Counted from the stretch's first letter, positions 50,472-59,749 are shown. The stretch is DNA of 64,000 bases from an uncultured Bdellovibrionales bacterium (GCA_964605525.1 CAZSCV010000004.1:38667-102666), one strand, 5' to 3'. Notes: generated by a model not told the origin, from the letters alone. Numbers and translations: made by a program.

Positions 50472-51539
50472 TCAAAAAACTGTTGACAAATTCAATCCCA
50501 TCGCATTCGCTCTAAAGCGAAGTGTCTTCAATACCTTTACTTCAATCTGTCGAATGCGTTCACGGGTTAAATCAAATCTTTCACCTATCTCCTCGAGCGT
50601 ATATTCACGCTTATAACCATTGATTCCAAATCTCATAGAGATAATAATTCTATCCTTTTCTTCATTTAAAGAGCCCACCAATTCACAGACTGCTTCTTCT
50701 GCGCTACTTTGAGTGAAATATTCTTCTGGATTAGGAGCGTCTGAAGGAATAAATTCAATCAATTCCCCATCGTCGCTAAAAAGCATATCCAAAGAAATTT
50801 CTTTTAATTGCAAGGCCTCCTTAATTTTCTTTAAGGGCATTTTAGTTATTTTAGACAAAGCCTCATGCGAAGCAGACTCTCCATTTTCCAGTAATAGAGC
50901 AATTTTCTTTTTCAAGAAACTTGTCCTATTAAAAATATGCACTGGTTTTCTGATAATATCGCCGTATTTATCCATCATTGCGCGACTAATCGCCTGGCGT
51001 ATCCACCAAGCAGCCACCGTGGAAAATTTTACCCCTGCAGTTTCATCAAAAAAAACGGCGACTTTTTGAATACCCAGAAATCCTTCTTCAGCCAAATCGC
51101 GCTGAAGGTAATCATCATTTCCGGCATAACGATAAGCAATTTTTTTTACCAAATTTATATTTTTTAAATACAATTCGGAAATTCTTTCATGAATATAGCT
51201 AATCGTTATTTTCATAATATCCGCATCATCGAGAGCTTTGCCGGGAATATTCGCACTCGAAATTATTTCCAGCTCACTCCTGATACGCATCAAAAAATTG
51301 AAATGATAAAAATATCTTCTATCTTTACCATTCGTCAATAAGAAAGATTTTCCTCCAAATCTGCGCTTTCTTTCTGCCACTATTTTTTTCAATTCAGAAA
51401 AACAATTAAACCTATTTTTCTCAATAAGATGAATCAGGTAATCAAAACAAGATCTGATTTCTCTGCATAATTTCAGATTTTCAACATCATATCCTTCTTT
51501 CTTTTTTCTCCGCACCTTGGGAGAACTTTTCTTTTCCAT
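50472..51539 (-). CDS. RNA polymerase sigma-70 family factor (regions 2, 3 and 4; group not resolved)
   Basis: Region 2.4-like AAWWIRQAISRAM; region 4.2 TLEEIGERFDLTRERIRQIEVKVLKTLR. Confidence 0.75.
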   Translation of the reverse strand: MEKKSSPKVRRKKKEGYDVENLKLCREIRSCFDYLIHLIEKNRFNCFSELKKIVAERKRRFGGKSFLLTNGKDRRYFYHFNFLMRIRSELEIISSANIPGKALDDADIMKITISYIHERISELYLKNINLVKKIAYRYAGNDDYLQRDLAEEGFLGIQKVAVFFDETAGVKFSTVAAWWIRQAISRAMMDKYGDIIRKPVHIFNRTSFLKKKIALLLENGESASHEALSKITKMPLKKIKEALQLKEISLDMLFSDDGELIEFIPSDAPNPEEYFTQSSAEEAVCELVGSLNEEKDRIIISMRFGINGYKREYTLEEIGERFDLTRERIRQIEVKVLKTLRFRANAMGLNLSTVF

Positions 51540-51631
51540 GGCCGCCCTCCTTTGGATTTTTTTATGGATTTAAGTTAAGGTACTGATTTGGAAGTATAGC
51601 AAACGAATACAAAAAGTCAACACAAAAACAG

Positions 51632-51656
51632 CCCCTGCTAGGCTGTTTTTATTGGT
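51632..51656 (-). terminator. terminator after tRNA-Pro
   Basis: Minus-strand acagcctagcaggggctgttttt. Confidence 0.45.
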
Positions 51657-51667
51657 ACTTCAATTTG

Positions 51668-51738
51668 TCGGAGTGCTGAGAATCGAACTCAGACTAAATG
51701 GTCCCAAACCACTCGTGCTGCCACTACACCACACTCCG
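51668..51738 (-). tRNA. tRNA-Pro (TGG)
   Basis: cggagtg…agtgg-ttTGGga-ccatt…ctgagttcgattctcag-cactccg-a. Confidence 0.8.
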
Positions 51739-51864
51739 TTATCTTTATCCTAACCAACTTCACCCATATTACTGGAAAAAAATCATTTCGTCAACCAAAA
51801 ACAAAATCCGCCTTATCGGCGGATTTTGTCGCTATCTTTTAATTCCGTACGGACTCAAAGATAT

Positions 51865-52155
51865 TTATTTTACAGCTTCTTTCAAAGCTTTTCCGGCTGT
51901 GAACTTAGGAACGGTCATCGCAGGAATATTGATACTTGCTCCTGTCTGAGGATTTCGTCCTACGCGAGCAGCTCTATTGGAAACCTTGAAGGTTCCGAAA
52001 CCTGTCAAAGTTACCTTGTTTCCTTTTCGAAGTTCTTCGGTGATCTTATCAACCATAGCCTCGATAATAGCTCCGATTTCTTTTTTAGAAACTTCTACTT
52101 TAGAAGCGATTGCATCTATCATAGCATCTTTGTTTACATTTTCCATAGTGTACAC
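51865..52155 (-). CDS. hup: HU family DNA-binding protein
   Basis: …GFGTFKVSNRAARVGRNPQTGASINIPAMTVPKFTAGKALKEAV; start may be the Met at 52146. Confidence 0.9.
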   Translation of the reverse strand: MYTMENVNKDAMIDAIASKVEVSKKEIGAIIEAMVDKITEELRKGNKVTLTGFGTFKVSNRAARVGRNPQTGASINIPAMTVPKFTAGKALKEAVK

Positions 52156-52243
52156 CTCCTTTCATTTTTAGTTTTTATATTCAACTCTAGTAATTTTACA
52201 ACTTTTCCCTAAAATAAAGCAAATTCAGTTATCCACAACGTAA

Positions 52244-52330
52244 AATCCAACGCAACGTCGGATCACGTTGCACAGCACCCTAGAATCCAACGCAACGTCG
52301 GATCACGTTGCACAGCACCCTAGAATCCAT
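52244..52330. repeat. 2.2 tandem copies of a 40-bp unit, each containing a 7-bp-stem hairpin (gcaacgt-cggatc-acgttgc)
   Basis: aatccaacgcaacgtcggatcacgttgcacagcaccctag repeated exactly; GC-enriched; between the rny 3' end and the hup 5' end. Confidence 0.6.
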
Positions 52331-52333
52331 AAT

Positions 52334-53866
52334 TTATCGAGCGTATTCAACTGCGCGAGTTTCCCTCAAAACATTAACCTTTATTTCACCGGGATATTTC
52401 AATTCTTCCTCAATTTTTTCCGCAATGCTTTTTGCCAACTTAATCGCTCCGAAATCATCCACTTCTTCCGGCTTCACAAAAACCCGAATCTCTCTTCCTG
52501 CTTGGATAGCATATACTTTTTCCACTGCCGGGAAAGAAGAAGCCACTGCTTCCAATTCTTCCAAACGTTTGAGATAATTTTCCAAACTATCTTTTCTTGC
52601 TCCGGGACGCGAGGCTGAAATAGCATCCGCCGCCGCCACAATAAAAGATTCCGAGGTTTCGAATGGATATTCTTCGTGATGGGATTTCATCGCGTCAATA
52701 ACCTCTTTGGCAACGCCGAATTTTTCCAATATTTTAACTCCGATTTCCACATGGGTTCCTTGGATTTCATGATCCACTGCTTTGCCGATATCATGGAAAA
52801 GTCCGGCCTTTTTTGCCACTGCCACATCCGCTCCCAATTCAGCTGCCAAAGCTCCTGCCAAATGAGCCACTTCAACAGAATGAATCAAAACATTTTGCCC
52901 GAAACTGGTTCGGTAGCGCAATCTTCCAACCAAATACAAAAGCTTTGGATTTAATCCGACAATACCCAAATCATACGCCGCCGCCTCTCCGGCTTCACGA
53001 ACCTTATTATCCACTTCCTTTTTGGCATATTCAACTGCTTCGTCAATACGCGTCGGATGGATTCTTCCGTCTTCAATCAATTTACCCAATGCAATTCTGG
53101 CAATTTCGCGACGCACAGGATCAAAGCCTGAAATAACAATCGCCTCCGGCGTATCGTCAACGATAATTTCCACTCCGGTCGCCCTTTCTAATGCTTTGAT
53201 ATTCCGCCCTTCCCGACCGATAATTTTTCCCTTCAAATCATCTGATGGAATACTGATAGTGCTTGTTGTTACTTCAGCTGAATGCGAACCGGCATATTTT
53301 TGAATAGCTTGCGTCATGATTGAACGCGCCCTTTCTTCTAAAGCCTTTTTTCCTTCCTTTTCCAAGCGCGTAATTCTTTCCAGTAAAACTTCCTGATTTT
53401 CTTCTTCAGTAAGTTGCAATAAAATATTTTTTGCTTGTTCCTTATTTAATCCGGCAATTTTTTCCAAACGCATCAACTCTTCCTGCCGGGTTTTTTCTGT
53501 TTCAAGTTTTATATTTTTAATTTCTTCAACTTTTTTTTCCAAAGCGACTCTGCCCCGATCCAAATCTTCCATCTTCTTATCGATCATTTCTTCCCTCTTT
53601 TCAATTCTCTGCTCCATTCGATAAATTTGGCTTTCTCTTTCTTTTTCTTTTTTCTTGGCCTCTTCCAAAATTTCCACCGCTTTATTTTTTGCCTCAAGCC
53701 CTATTTCTTGCGCTTTTTTTTCGGCCTCTCTGATCATATTATTCACTTTCCCTTCAGCCGTCGACAGTTGTTTTTTTGCAATTGACTGGCGGGCATAGTA
53801 GCCCAAAATTGATCCCGCGGCCAAAGCCAAAACGGAAACAACTATAGCTATCAAGCTTATTTCCAT
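52334..53866 (-). CDS. rny: ribonuclease Y
   Basis: N-terminal TM, coiled coil, KH domain, HD domain (HSVEVAHLAG…HDIGK); 510 aa. Confidence 0.9.
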   Translation of the reverse strand: MEISLIAIVVSVLALAAGSILGYYARQSIAKKQLSTAEGKVNNMIREAEKKAQEIGLEAKNKAVEILEEAKKKEKERESQIYRMEQRIEKREEMIDKKMEDLDRGRVALEKKVEEIKNIKLETEKTRQEELMRLEKIAGLNKEQAKNILLQLTEEENQEVLLERITRLEKEGKKALEERARSIMTQAIQKYAGSHSAEVTTSTISIPSDDLKGKIIGREGRNIKALERATGVEIIVDDTPEAIVISGFDPVRREIARIALGKLIEDGRIHPTRIDEAVEYAKKEVDNKVREAGEAAAYDLGIVGLNPKLLYLVGRLRYRTSFGQNVLIHSVEVAHLAGALAAELGADVAVAKKAGLFHDIGKAVDHEIQGTHVEIGVKILEKFGVAKEVIDAMKSHHEEYPFETSESFIVAAADAISASRPGARKDSLENYLKRLEELEAVASSFPAVEKVYAIQAGREIRVFVKPEEVDDFGAIKLAKSIAEKIEEELKYPGEIKVNVLRETRAVEYAR

Positions 53867-54187
53867 ATTTTTTCATCTCCTATTCAATTGGGCAAAACAG
53901 AAACAAAGAATAAAGCCTTATTCCGAGAAAGGTAAAGCAAAATAAAGCACCGGCCCCTTGGCGAATGGCTTTAAAATATTTTCAGTTATTGCTTTTGTGC
54001 AAATATTGCTTAACATGCAAATCATAGTTTTTCTCTATATTTCCGAAAGTGCAAATTGAAAGGTTGTGTATAAATTTATTACTAGTAGCCATTCTATTAC
54101 ATAAACCAGCTTTTGTCAAAGACATTCAAAAATGTTAGAATGATAGGTAGTGAAATTAAAAATTTTTATAATAATTTTCTTTCTATT

Positions 54188-55753
54188 ATGTACAAACCCG
54201 TAGTTTTAATCATTTTGGACGGATGGGGTCTTTCCAGTAACAGGCAAGGAAATGCCATTTTCAAATCCCGCAAACCGTCCGTTGACAAATTGGACCAGTA
54301 TTATCCTTCAACCACTCTCCAGGCATCCGGAATTTCCGTGGGAATTCCTTGGGGAGAATCGGGAAACAGCGAGGTCGGGCATATGACACTCGGGGCGGGA
54401 AAAATAATCTATCAAAATCTTCCTCGTATCACTTTGTCAGTCCAAGATGGATCTTTTTTTCAAAATGAAGCGTTTCTGGAAGGAATGAACAAGGTCAATC
54501 AAAACAAAAGCTCTTTGCACTTGATGGGACTTATTGGTGAAGGAGCCGTCCACTCATATTCAGAACATCTGAACGCTCTTATTGAAATGGCAAAAATTCA
54601 GAAAATAGAAAGGCTTTATTTGCACCTAATCACTGACGGTCGCGATTCATCTCCAACCTGCGGAACAAAAATTATCAAGTCTCTTCAAGAAAAATTAAGA
54701 ATGAAAGGGATTGGAAAAATTGCCTCTGTTTGCGGAAGAAATTGGACGATGGATAGAAACAACAATTGGGGGCGCATAGAAAAAGGTTACAATTTGATGA
54801 CTCGAGGAGAAGGAGAGCAAATTTCTGATCCAATCAAATATCTCCAAGATTCTTACGCCAAGGGAATTACGGATGAATATATTGAACCGGGAGTAATTAC
54901 CGAAGGAGGAAAACCTGTCGCCTTAATACAAGATGGGGACACGGTTATTTTCTTTAATTTTCGGGAAGACCGCGCCAGGCAAATAACCAGGGCTTTTACC
55001 TTGCCGGAGTTTGATGGATTTAAGCGTGAAAAACGCCTGCAATTGAATTTCGTTACCATGACAGAATATGAAAAAGATTTGCCGGTTTCCGTCGCTTTCC
55101 CGCCGGAAGAAATAAAAAATGGATTGGGAGAAATACTCAGCCAAAACAGAAAAAAACAACTGCGCATCGCGGAAACAGAAAAATATGCCCATGTTACGTA
55201 TTTTTTCAATGGAGGAAAAGAAGAACCTTGGCCGGGAGAAGACCGGGTTTTGATCCCCTCCCCGTCCGTTTCCAAATTTGATCAGGCTCCGGAAATGAGC
55301 GCTGATAAAATAACTCAAAAAGTTATTGAGGCTTTGGAATTGGAAAAATATGATTTTATTTTAATAAATTATGCCAATGCCGATATGGTCGGGCATACCG
55401 GAAATGAAGAAGCCACTATTCGCGCAGTGGAAACTGTCGACAAAAATTTGGCTGATTTGATTCCGGCTGTTCTCAAAATTGGCGGATGCCTTTTGATAAC
55501 CGCCGACCATGGAAACGCCGAGGAACTGCAAAACTTGCGCACCGGAGAAATCAACACTGAACACTCCTCCAATCCCGTTCCACTTTGGTTTGTAGCTCCC
55601 GACAATCACCATGAAGAAAAGAAAATTGATACAGGAAGAGAGTTTAATCCAGGAGGACTTCTCAGCGACATTGCGCCAACCGTCCTCAGTATTATGAAAA
55701 TTGAACAACCTAAAGAAATGAACGGCGAAAGCTTACTACCACTTCTGAAATAA
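54188..55753 (+). CDS. gpmI: 2,3-bisphosphoglycerate-independent phosphoglycerate mutase
   Basis: MYKPVVLIILDGWGLS…SGISVGIPWGESGNSEVGHMTLGAG…; start at ATG 54188. Confidence 0.9.
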   Translation: MYKPVVLIILDGWGLSSNRQGNAIFKSRKPSVDKLDQYYPSTTLQASGISVGIPWGESGNSEVGHMTLGAGKIIYQNLPRITLSVQDGSFFQNEAFLEGMNKVNQNKSSLHLMGLIGEGAVHSYSEHLNALIEMAKIQKIERLYLHLITDGRDSSPTCGTKIIKSLQEKLRMKGIGKIASVCGRNWTMDRNNNWGRIEKGYNLMTRGEGEQISDPIKYLQDSYAKGITDEYIEPGVITEGGKPVALIQDGDTVIFFNFREDRARQITRAFTLPEFDGFKREKRLQLNFVTMTEYEKDLPVSVAFPPEEIKNGLGEILSQNRKKQLRIAETEKYAHVTYFFNGGKEEPWPGEDRVLIPSPSVSKFDQAPEMSADKITQKVIEALELEKYDFILINYANADMVGHTGNEEATIRAVETVDKNLADLIPAVLKIGGCLLITADHGNAEELQNLRTGEINTEHSSNPVPLWFVAPDNHHEEKKIDTGREFNPGGLLSDIAPTVLSIMKIEQPKEMNGESLLPLLK

Positions 55754-55805
55754 TTTCATACCACCTAAAAATCAGTTCGCACAATTAATAATCACTTACT
55801 TCACG

Positions 55806-55850
55806 CAAAAAAGTTGCAAATTTATACACATAAACAAATTTGCAACTTTT
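55806..55850. terminator. bidirectional terminator (15-bp arms) between gpmI and the RT gene
   Basis: aaaagttgcaaattt-atacacataaac-aaatttgcaactttt. Confidence 0.6.
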
Positions 55851-56890
55851 TATTTTTTAATAATTCTACTGATCTTTTTCTCAATCCCCCGCCCATCACA
55901 ATGCTTCAAAACTCCCAAATACGCCTGCAAACTTTGATTAAATTCTTCTTCTGAAATCAATCCTTCTTTCAATATTTTATGATTGAGAGATAATTTCTTC
56001 ATCATCCTCCTTTTCGTTTTCGTCCGCAAGACTCGATGATGCGGCAAAACCACATAACCCAGAAAATCAATGCCTTGCCGATATTTCCTGATGATTATTT
56101 TATTTGGATGTAAATTTAATTTCAGTTCATTTTGCAAAAAATCGCCAAGTTTTCCAATTAACTTTTCTAAATGTTTTTTATCTTCCGCCATAATTATGAA
56201 ATCGTCGCAATACCGCAAATAATATTTTTCTTTCAGGATATGTTTTGCAAATTGATCGAGTTCATTTAGATAGATATTAGCAAAGAGCTGGCTGATAACA
56301 TTTCCCAATGGCAGTCCTTTTGGAAAACTGTGAATTATTCTTTCTGTAAGCCAGATCGCATTTTCGTCTCGGATCTTTCTTTTGATAAGTTTCAGTAAAA
56401 TTTCCTGATCAATCGAATCGAAAAACTTTTTGATGTCGCATTTGAGAGTGAATATTTTTTTCTTATTGTTCTTACTTGCTTTTCTGGAAAATTCTTCAAA
56501 TCTTTTTACGCCTATATGTACTCCTTTATCAATCCTGCAGGAATACGAATCAAGAATAAAATTTTTATCAAAAATCGGATAAAGAATCCTGAAAATCGCA
56601 TGATGCAAAACTCTATCTTTCACCACAGCTTTGTGTATTTTTCGCAATTTTGGATCACAAACATTAAATGAGGTATAATCGGAATGCCGATAGGTTTTGT
56701 TTTTGAGTTCTTTGTGGAGATTGAAAATATTATCTTCCAATTTAAATTCGAATTGTTGCACGTCTATCTTTTTTGTTTTTCCTCTCTTAAATTCATTCCA
56801 CGCCAAAAATAAATTTTCCAAACTAATTATTTTTTTAAAAATACTATGACAGAAAAACTCACAATTAAGACCCCCCCCCAACGCTCTCAA
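55850..56890 (-). CDS. DGR-type reverse transcriptase
   Basis: RT motifs including RYCDDFIIMAED (YxDD box) and N-terminal LENLFLAWNEFKRGK; 346 aa. Listed ORF starts at TTG; an SD-preceded ATG at 56906 is one frame off across a (G)9 tract. Confidence 0.85.
   Translation of the reverse strand: MRALGGGLNCEFFCHSIFKKIISLENLFLAWNEFKRGKTKKIDVQQFEFKLEDNIFNLHKELKNKTYRHSDYTSFNVCDPKLRKIHKAVVKDRVLHHAIFRILYPIFDKNFILDSYSCRIDKGVHIGVKRFEEFSRKASKNNKKKIFTLKCDIKKFFDSIDQEILLKLIKRKIRDENAIWLTERIIHSFPKGLPLGNVISQLFANIYLNELDQFAKHILKEKYYLRYCDDFIIMAEDKKHLEKLIGKLGDFLQNELKLNLHPNKIIIRKYRQGIDFLGYVVLPHHRVLRTKTKRRMMKKLSLNHKILKEGLISEEEFNQSLQAYLGVLKHCDGRGIEKKISRIIKK
56871..56879. repeat. homopolymeric tract C9 (G9 on the coding strand) at the 5' end of the RT gene
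   Basis: With 8 G the ATG at 56906 (AGGA SD 7 nt upstream) would be in frame with the RT; with 9 it terminates after 13 codons. Confidence 0.6.
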
Positions 56891-56948
56891 TAAAATTGTC
56901 GCGCATAAAAATATCCTAAACTATAATCAACCGAAATTATTCTCTGAA

Positions 56949-57257
56949 TTGGAAAATTTGTACAGCGATTGTTATGACCGCGTAAAAAACTTTCCCAAGC
57001 TAGACAAACATCTTCTCGGAAAAGAAATTTTAACTTTTCTTAATGAGACTCAAAAATACTCATTAACCTCGATTCACAACAATTCTTATCTTCCTCTTGC
57101 AAGTGCTAATTTTGACTTATTCAAAAGATCGATTCGCGTTGCTGTAAATAAAAAAATTATTTCTATCGGATGGTACGGATCCCATTTGGAAATAATAATT
57201 TCCATCGGAAAAGAAATTGGCAGTTGGATCAAAAAAACAAAAAGCCCGAAGTTTTAG
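56949..57257 (+). CDS. avd: Avd-like accessory protein of the DGR (TTG start inferred)
   Basis: 102-codon open frame in AT-rich DNA; CYD near the N-terminus and the basic C-terminal …IGKEIGSWIKKTK resemble Bordetella-phage bAvd (…CYDQM…, …VGRILGSWIARVNRK). Opposite strand to RT, TR and target. Confidence 0.5.
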   Translation: MENLYSDCYDRVKNFPKLDKHLLGKEILTFLNETQKYSLTSIHNNSYLPLASANFDLFKRSIRVAVNKKIISIGWYGSHLEIIISIGKEIGSWIKKTKSPKF

Positions 57258-57359
57258 AGGGCGAGGCGCAACCGGTTGTTGCTATTAGAATTGCCGGCAT
57301 TGTTGGAATTGAGGTTGAACTCGCCGCCGTTCGAATTGGCGTTAGCGACTGAACAAATT
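57245..57359 (-). repeat. DGR template repeat (TR)
   Basis: 115 bp aligned without gaps to 57684-57798 at a constant +439 offset. On the minus strand the TR carries 12 AAY codons (NCSVANANSNGGEFNLNSNNAGNSNSNNRLRLAL); every one is substituted in the VR; only one non-A difference. Confidence 0.85.
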
Positions 57360-57581
57360 AGCGTTATTCCTTCCATAGTTTCGAAAAGAAGATTACTCTA
57401 CTTTTTATAACCTATCGCTTTAGGTCTCTGTTTGGACGCTGACATAAATTGATTTTTTCTCCATCCATAGAACAACGCTGAACTTCGGGTTTTGTTATGA
57501 GGAGAGCTTCGCGTACGAATACCCTACTGAACTCATTTTTTATTTTAGCATCTTTTTTTATTTTCCAAAAATTTTGAAAAT

Positions 57582-57611
57582 AAAAAAACCAGCGCATATT
57601 TCATCGCTGGT
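57582..57611 (-). terminator. rho-independent terminator after the DGR target gene
   Basis: Minus-strand accagcgatgaaatatgcgctggt followed by tttttttatttt. Confidence 0.5.
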
Positions 57612-57657
57612 CGAAGTTTGAAAAAATTCTAATCCAAGCTCCAAGGATCCACATCCT

Positions 57658-57675
57658 TTCGTCCTAGCGGACGAA
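57658..57675 (-). promoter_or_regulatory. hairpin (7-bp stem, 4-nt loop) immediately 3' of the VR, where DGR homing hairpins sit
   Basis: ttcgtcc-tagc-ggacgaa, 9 nt past the VR end; a GC-rich IMH-like gagggcgaggcgcaacc is identical in TR and VR. Confidence 0.45.
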
Positions 57676-57683
57676 AATCTGAA

Positions 57684-57798
57684 CCCGAAGAACTAGAGGG
57701 CGAGGCGCAACCGGTAGTCGCTATCCGAAAAGCCGGCATAGCTGGAAACGAGGATGAACTCGCCGCCGCGCGAATAGGCGCTAGCGACTGAACAAACA
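57684..57798 (-). repeat. DGR variable repeat (VR) at the 3' end of the target gene
   Basis: Encodes …VCSVASAYSRGGEFILVSSYAGFSDSDYRLRLAL*; differs from the TR at adenine positions only (aat->gtt, tat, ttt, gat; aac->agc, cgc, atc, gac, tac). Confidence 0.85.
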
Positions 57799-58766
57799 GG
57801 ACCGGTATTCTTGTCCTTATGTTCAATTAAATCCCTCCTCCACTCCCAAGTATTGGGAGCAAGATACTGCTCGTCATCAGCAAAAAGCTGAGCCTGCAGT
57901 ATAATACCTTCCGCGTGAGATATAACTCTCACACCCCTAACAACCGCCGAAACATACGACCGATTGTCAAGATTAACCGGTTCACCGTTTTTATTGACGA
58001 TTTTCTGATTGGCTGGGATGTCAGCCAAATTGCAGGTAAAAATCATCTCAACCGAATCCACTTTTACAAGCGGAACCGCATTCTTTCTGAGGACCCGCGA
58101 TTCCTCCACGACCCAGTTCCTCTTAAAGGCCTTCGTGCCAATTTCATCCGGTTCAATCGGATGGCATCCTTGTAAAAGCTCGCGGAGGGTGAGTTTTGTC
58201 CAGCGATTAGTCGTCCCTGCCTCCGCCCAAATTTTGAAGCCATCTTCCTTGAGCGGTTTCATAATCCGCTCAAAGAAAAACTCGGCTTCAGTCATTCGGA
58301 CTTCAGCAGCTTCGGTCAAGGCACTTGGCGTGGCCTTGATAAGAGCATAATTGAGACAGCCTACCTCAAGCCCCGCCTTAATTGCCGGAAGCCTTTTTTC
58401 CTCAACAAAAATTTTCCCGCGGTCAATACGGAAATCTGCTCCGTAAAAACGCTGGTAGAATTTTTCCTGTTTGGCGATCTGCCCATCCAGTCCGCCGGGC
58501 AGGAATTTTTCCAGATCATTCTCCTTGAGCCACGACAAAAATTCATCGTAGTCAAGAATCTGATCAGATACTTCTTCTTCGGCGCCATAACACAACACCC
58601 GAGCAAAGTCGACAATTTGTTGGCGTTTTCCGAGGTCGTCAATGATCATTTGTTCAATATCAAATGTCCACCCCGCCTCGAACAACCGACGAAACGCCTC
58701 ACTGTGTTTGCTGTATTTTTTGATAAAATCCGCCTCTGTCATTTGGTTCGCAACGGTATTCCCCAT
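57693..58766 (-). CDS. DGR target (variable) protein with C-terminal FGE/C-type-lectin-like VR-bearing fold
   Basis: C-terminus …NTWEWRRD…SRGGEF…GFSDSDYRLRLAL matches DGR variable-protein motifs (NVWEW … RGGSW … GFRL); no signal peptide; GC above local average. Confidence 0.8.
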   Translation of the reverse strand: MGNTVANQMTEADFIKKYSKHSEAFRRLFEAGWTFDIEQMIIDDLGKRQQIVDFARVLCYGAEEEVSDQILDYDEFLSWLKENDLEKFLPGGLDGQIAKQEKFYQRFYGADFRIDRGKIFVEEKRLPAIKAGLEVGCLNYALIKATPSALTEAAEVRMTEAEFFFERIMKPLKEDGFKIWAEAGTTNRWTKLTLRELLQGCHPIEPDEIGTKAFKRNWVVEESRVLRKNAVPLVKVDSVEMIFTCNLADIPANQKIVNKNGEPVNLDNRSYVSAVVRGVRVISHAEGIILQAQLFADDEQYLAPNTWEWRRDLIEHKDKNTGPVCSVASAYSRGGEFILVSSYAGFSDSDYRLRLAL

Positions 58767-58974
58767 CGCACACCTCCCTAAAAAATTTTAAGAACAAAGA
58801 AGTCCGAAAACTTCCACCACTTCGAGCCATTCTCGAAATGATACTCAATTGAAGCACCAAATTATCATTTTGTCAAATATGAATCTCGTTTTTGGCTTAA
58901 ATAAAGGCTTTTATTAGTTTTTTCAAAGTTCACCCTTCAATTTCTGTAAAAAACTCTCACACAATACTAAAAAA

Positions 58975-59022
58975 CTTGTCATTTTGTTGCAATTGCAACT
59001 TTTTGACAAGTTTTTTTGATTT
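58975..59022 (-). terminator. terminator after clpP (nested palindrome)
   Basis: aaacttgtc…gttgcaattgcaac…gacaagttt with a minus-strand T-run. Confidence 0.5.
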
Positions 59023-59030
59023 TGTCCTGC

Positions 59031-59624
59031 CTATTTAATTATCTTGTCCACAATTCCATATGCCTTGGCTTCTTCGGCGGACATAAAATTATCCCGTTCA
59101 CTGTCTTTTTCCACCTTGGCAACTTTTTGTCCGGTATGCTTGGCAAGGATTTTATTTAAATTATCTTTAGTTTTGAGAATATGCTTGGCGTGGATATCAA
59201 TATCTGTAGCCTGACCTTGCGCCCCGCCCATCACTTGATGAATCATCACTTCTCCGTTGGGCAAAATCATTCTTTTCCCCTTTTTTCCAGCCGCCAAAAG
59301 AAGCGAAGCGGCACTGGCTGCCAGCCCGACGCAAATCGTTTGAATATCCGGCCTGACATATTGCATCGTGTCATAAATAGCCATAGCGGAAGTAACCGAT
59401 CCTCCCGGAGAATTGATATATATTTTGATATCTTCCTTGGGATTTTGCGATTCCAAAAACAAAAGCTGGGCAATTACGGCATTTGCCATATTATCCTCAA
59501 TCACGCTACCGATAAAAATAATCCGGTCCTTGAGGAGTCTGGAATAAATATCATACGCCCGTTCTCCATAGTTGGTTTTTTCAATAACCGTTGGAATAAG
59601 AATTTGATTGGTTATATTTTTCAT
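59031..59624 (-). CDS. clpP: ATP-dependent Clp protease proteolytic subunit
   Basis: Catalytic Ser region [14 protein letters not shown] and His region, 197 aa. Confidence 0.95.
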   Translation of the reverse strand: MKNITNQILIPTVIEKTNYGERAYDIYSRLLKDRIIFIGSVIEDNMANAVIAQLLFLESQNPKEDIKIYINSPGGSVTSAMAIYDTMQYVRPDIQTICVGLAASAASLLLAAGKKGKRMILPNGEVMIHQVMGGAQGQATDIDIHAKHILKTKDNLNKILAKHTGQKVAKVEKDSERDNFMSAEEAKAYGIVDKIIK

Positions 59625-59670
59625 ACTATTTTTAAAATTTATAACTTACACAATTAAGCAGATTCTCGAT

Positions 59671-59727
59671 TTCCTGAAAAATAATAAATTTTTGGTTTTC
59701 CGAAAAAATCATTATTTTTTTCGGAAT
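59671..59727. mobile_element. internally deleted copy (copy C) of the 154-bp TIR element, 45 bp upstream of clpP
   Basis: ttcctgaaaaataataaattttt-gg-ttttccgaaaaaatcattatttttttcggaa: both TIR-like arms without the core. Confidence 0.45.
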
Positions 59728-59749
59728 CCCCTGGGAAAAAGTCTGCCTC

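Noticed and set aside
57412-57597. 61-aa minus-strand ORF between VR and TR as an alternative Avd
   Set aside because: Too short and not helical or basic like Avd. It overlaps the target-gene terminator. The + strand 102-aa ORF fits Avd better.
57170-57826. ORFs 57170..57352 (+) and 57629..57826 (-)
   Set aside because: They lie entirely within the DGR template repeat and variable repeat respectively. The VR is read in the target gene's frame (57693..58766); these alternate frames are artefacts of repeat composition.
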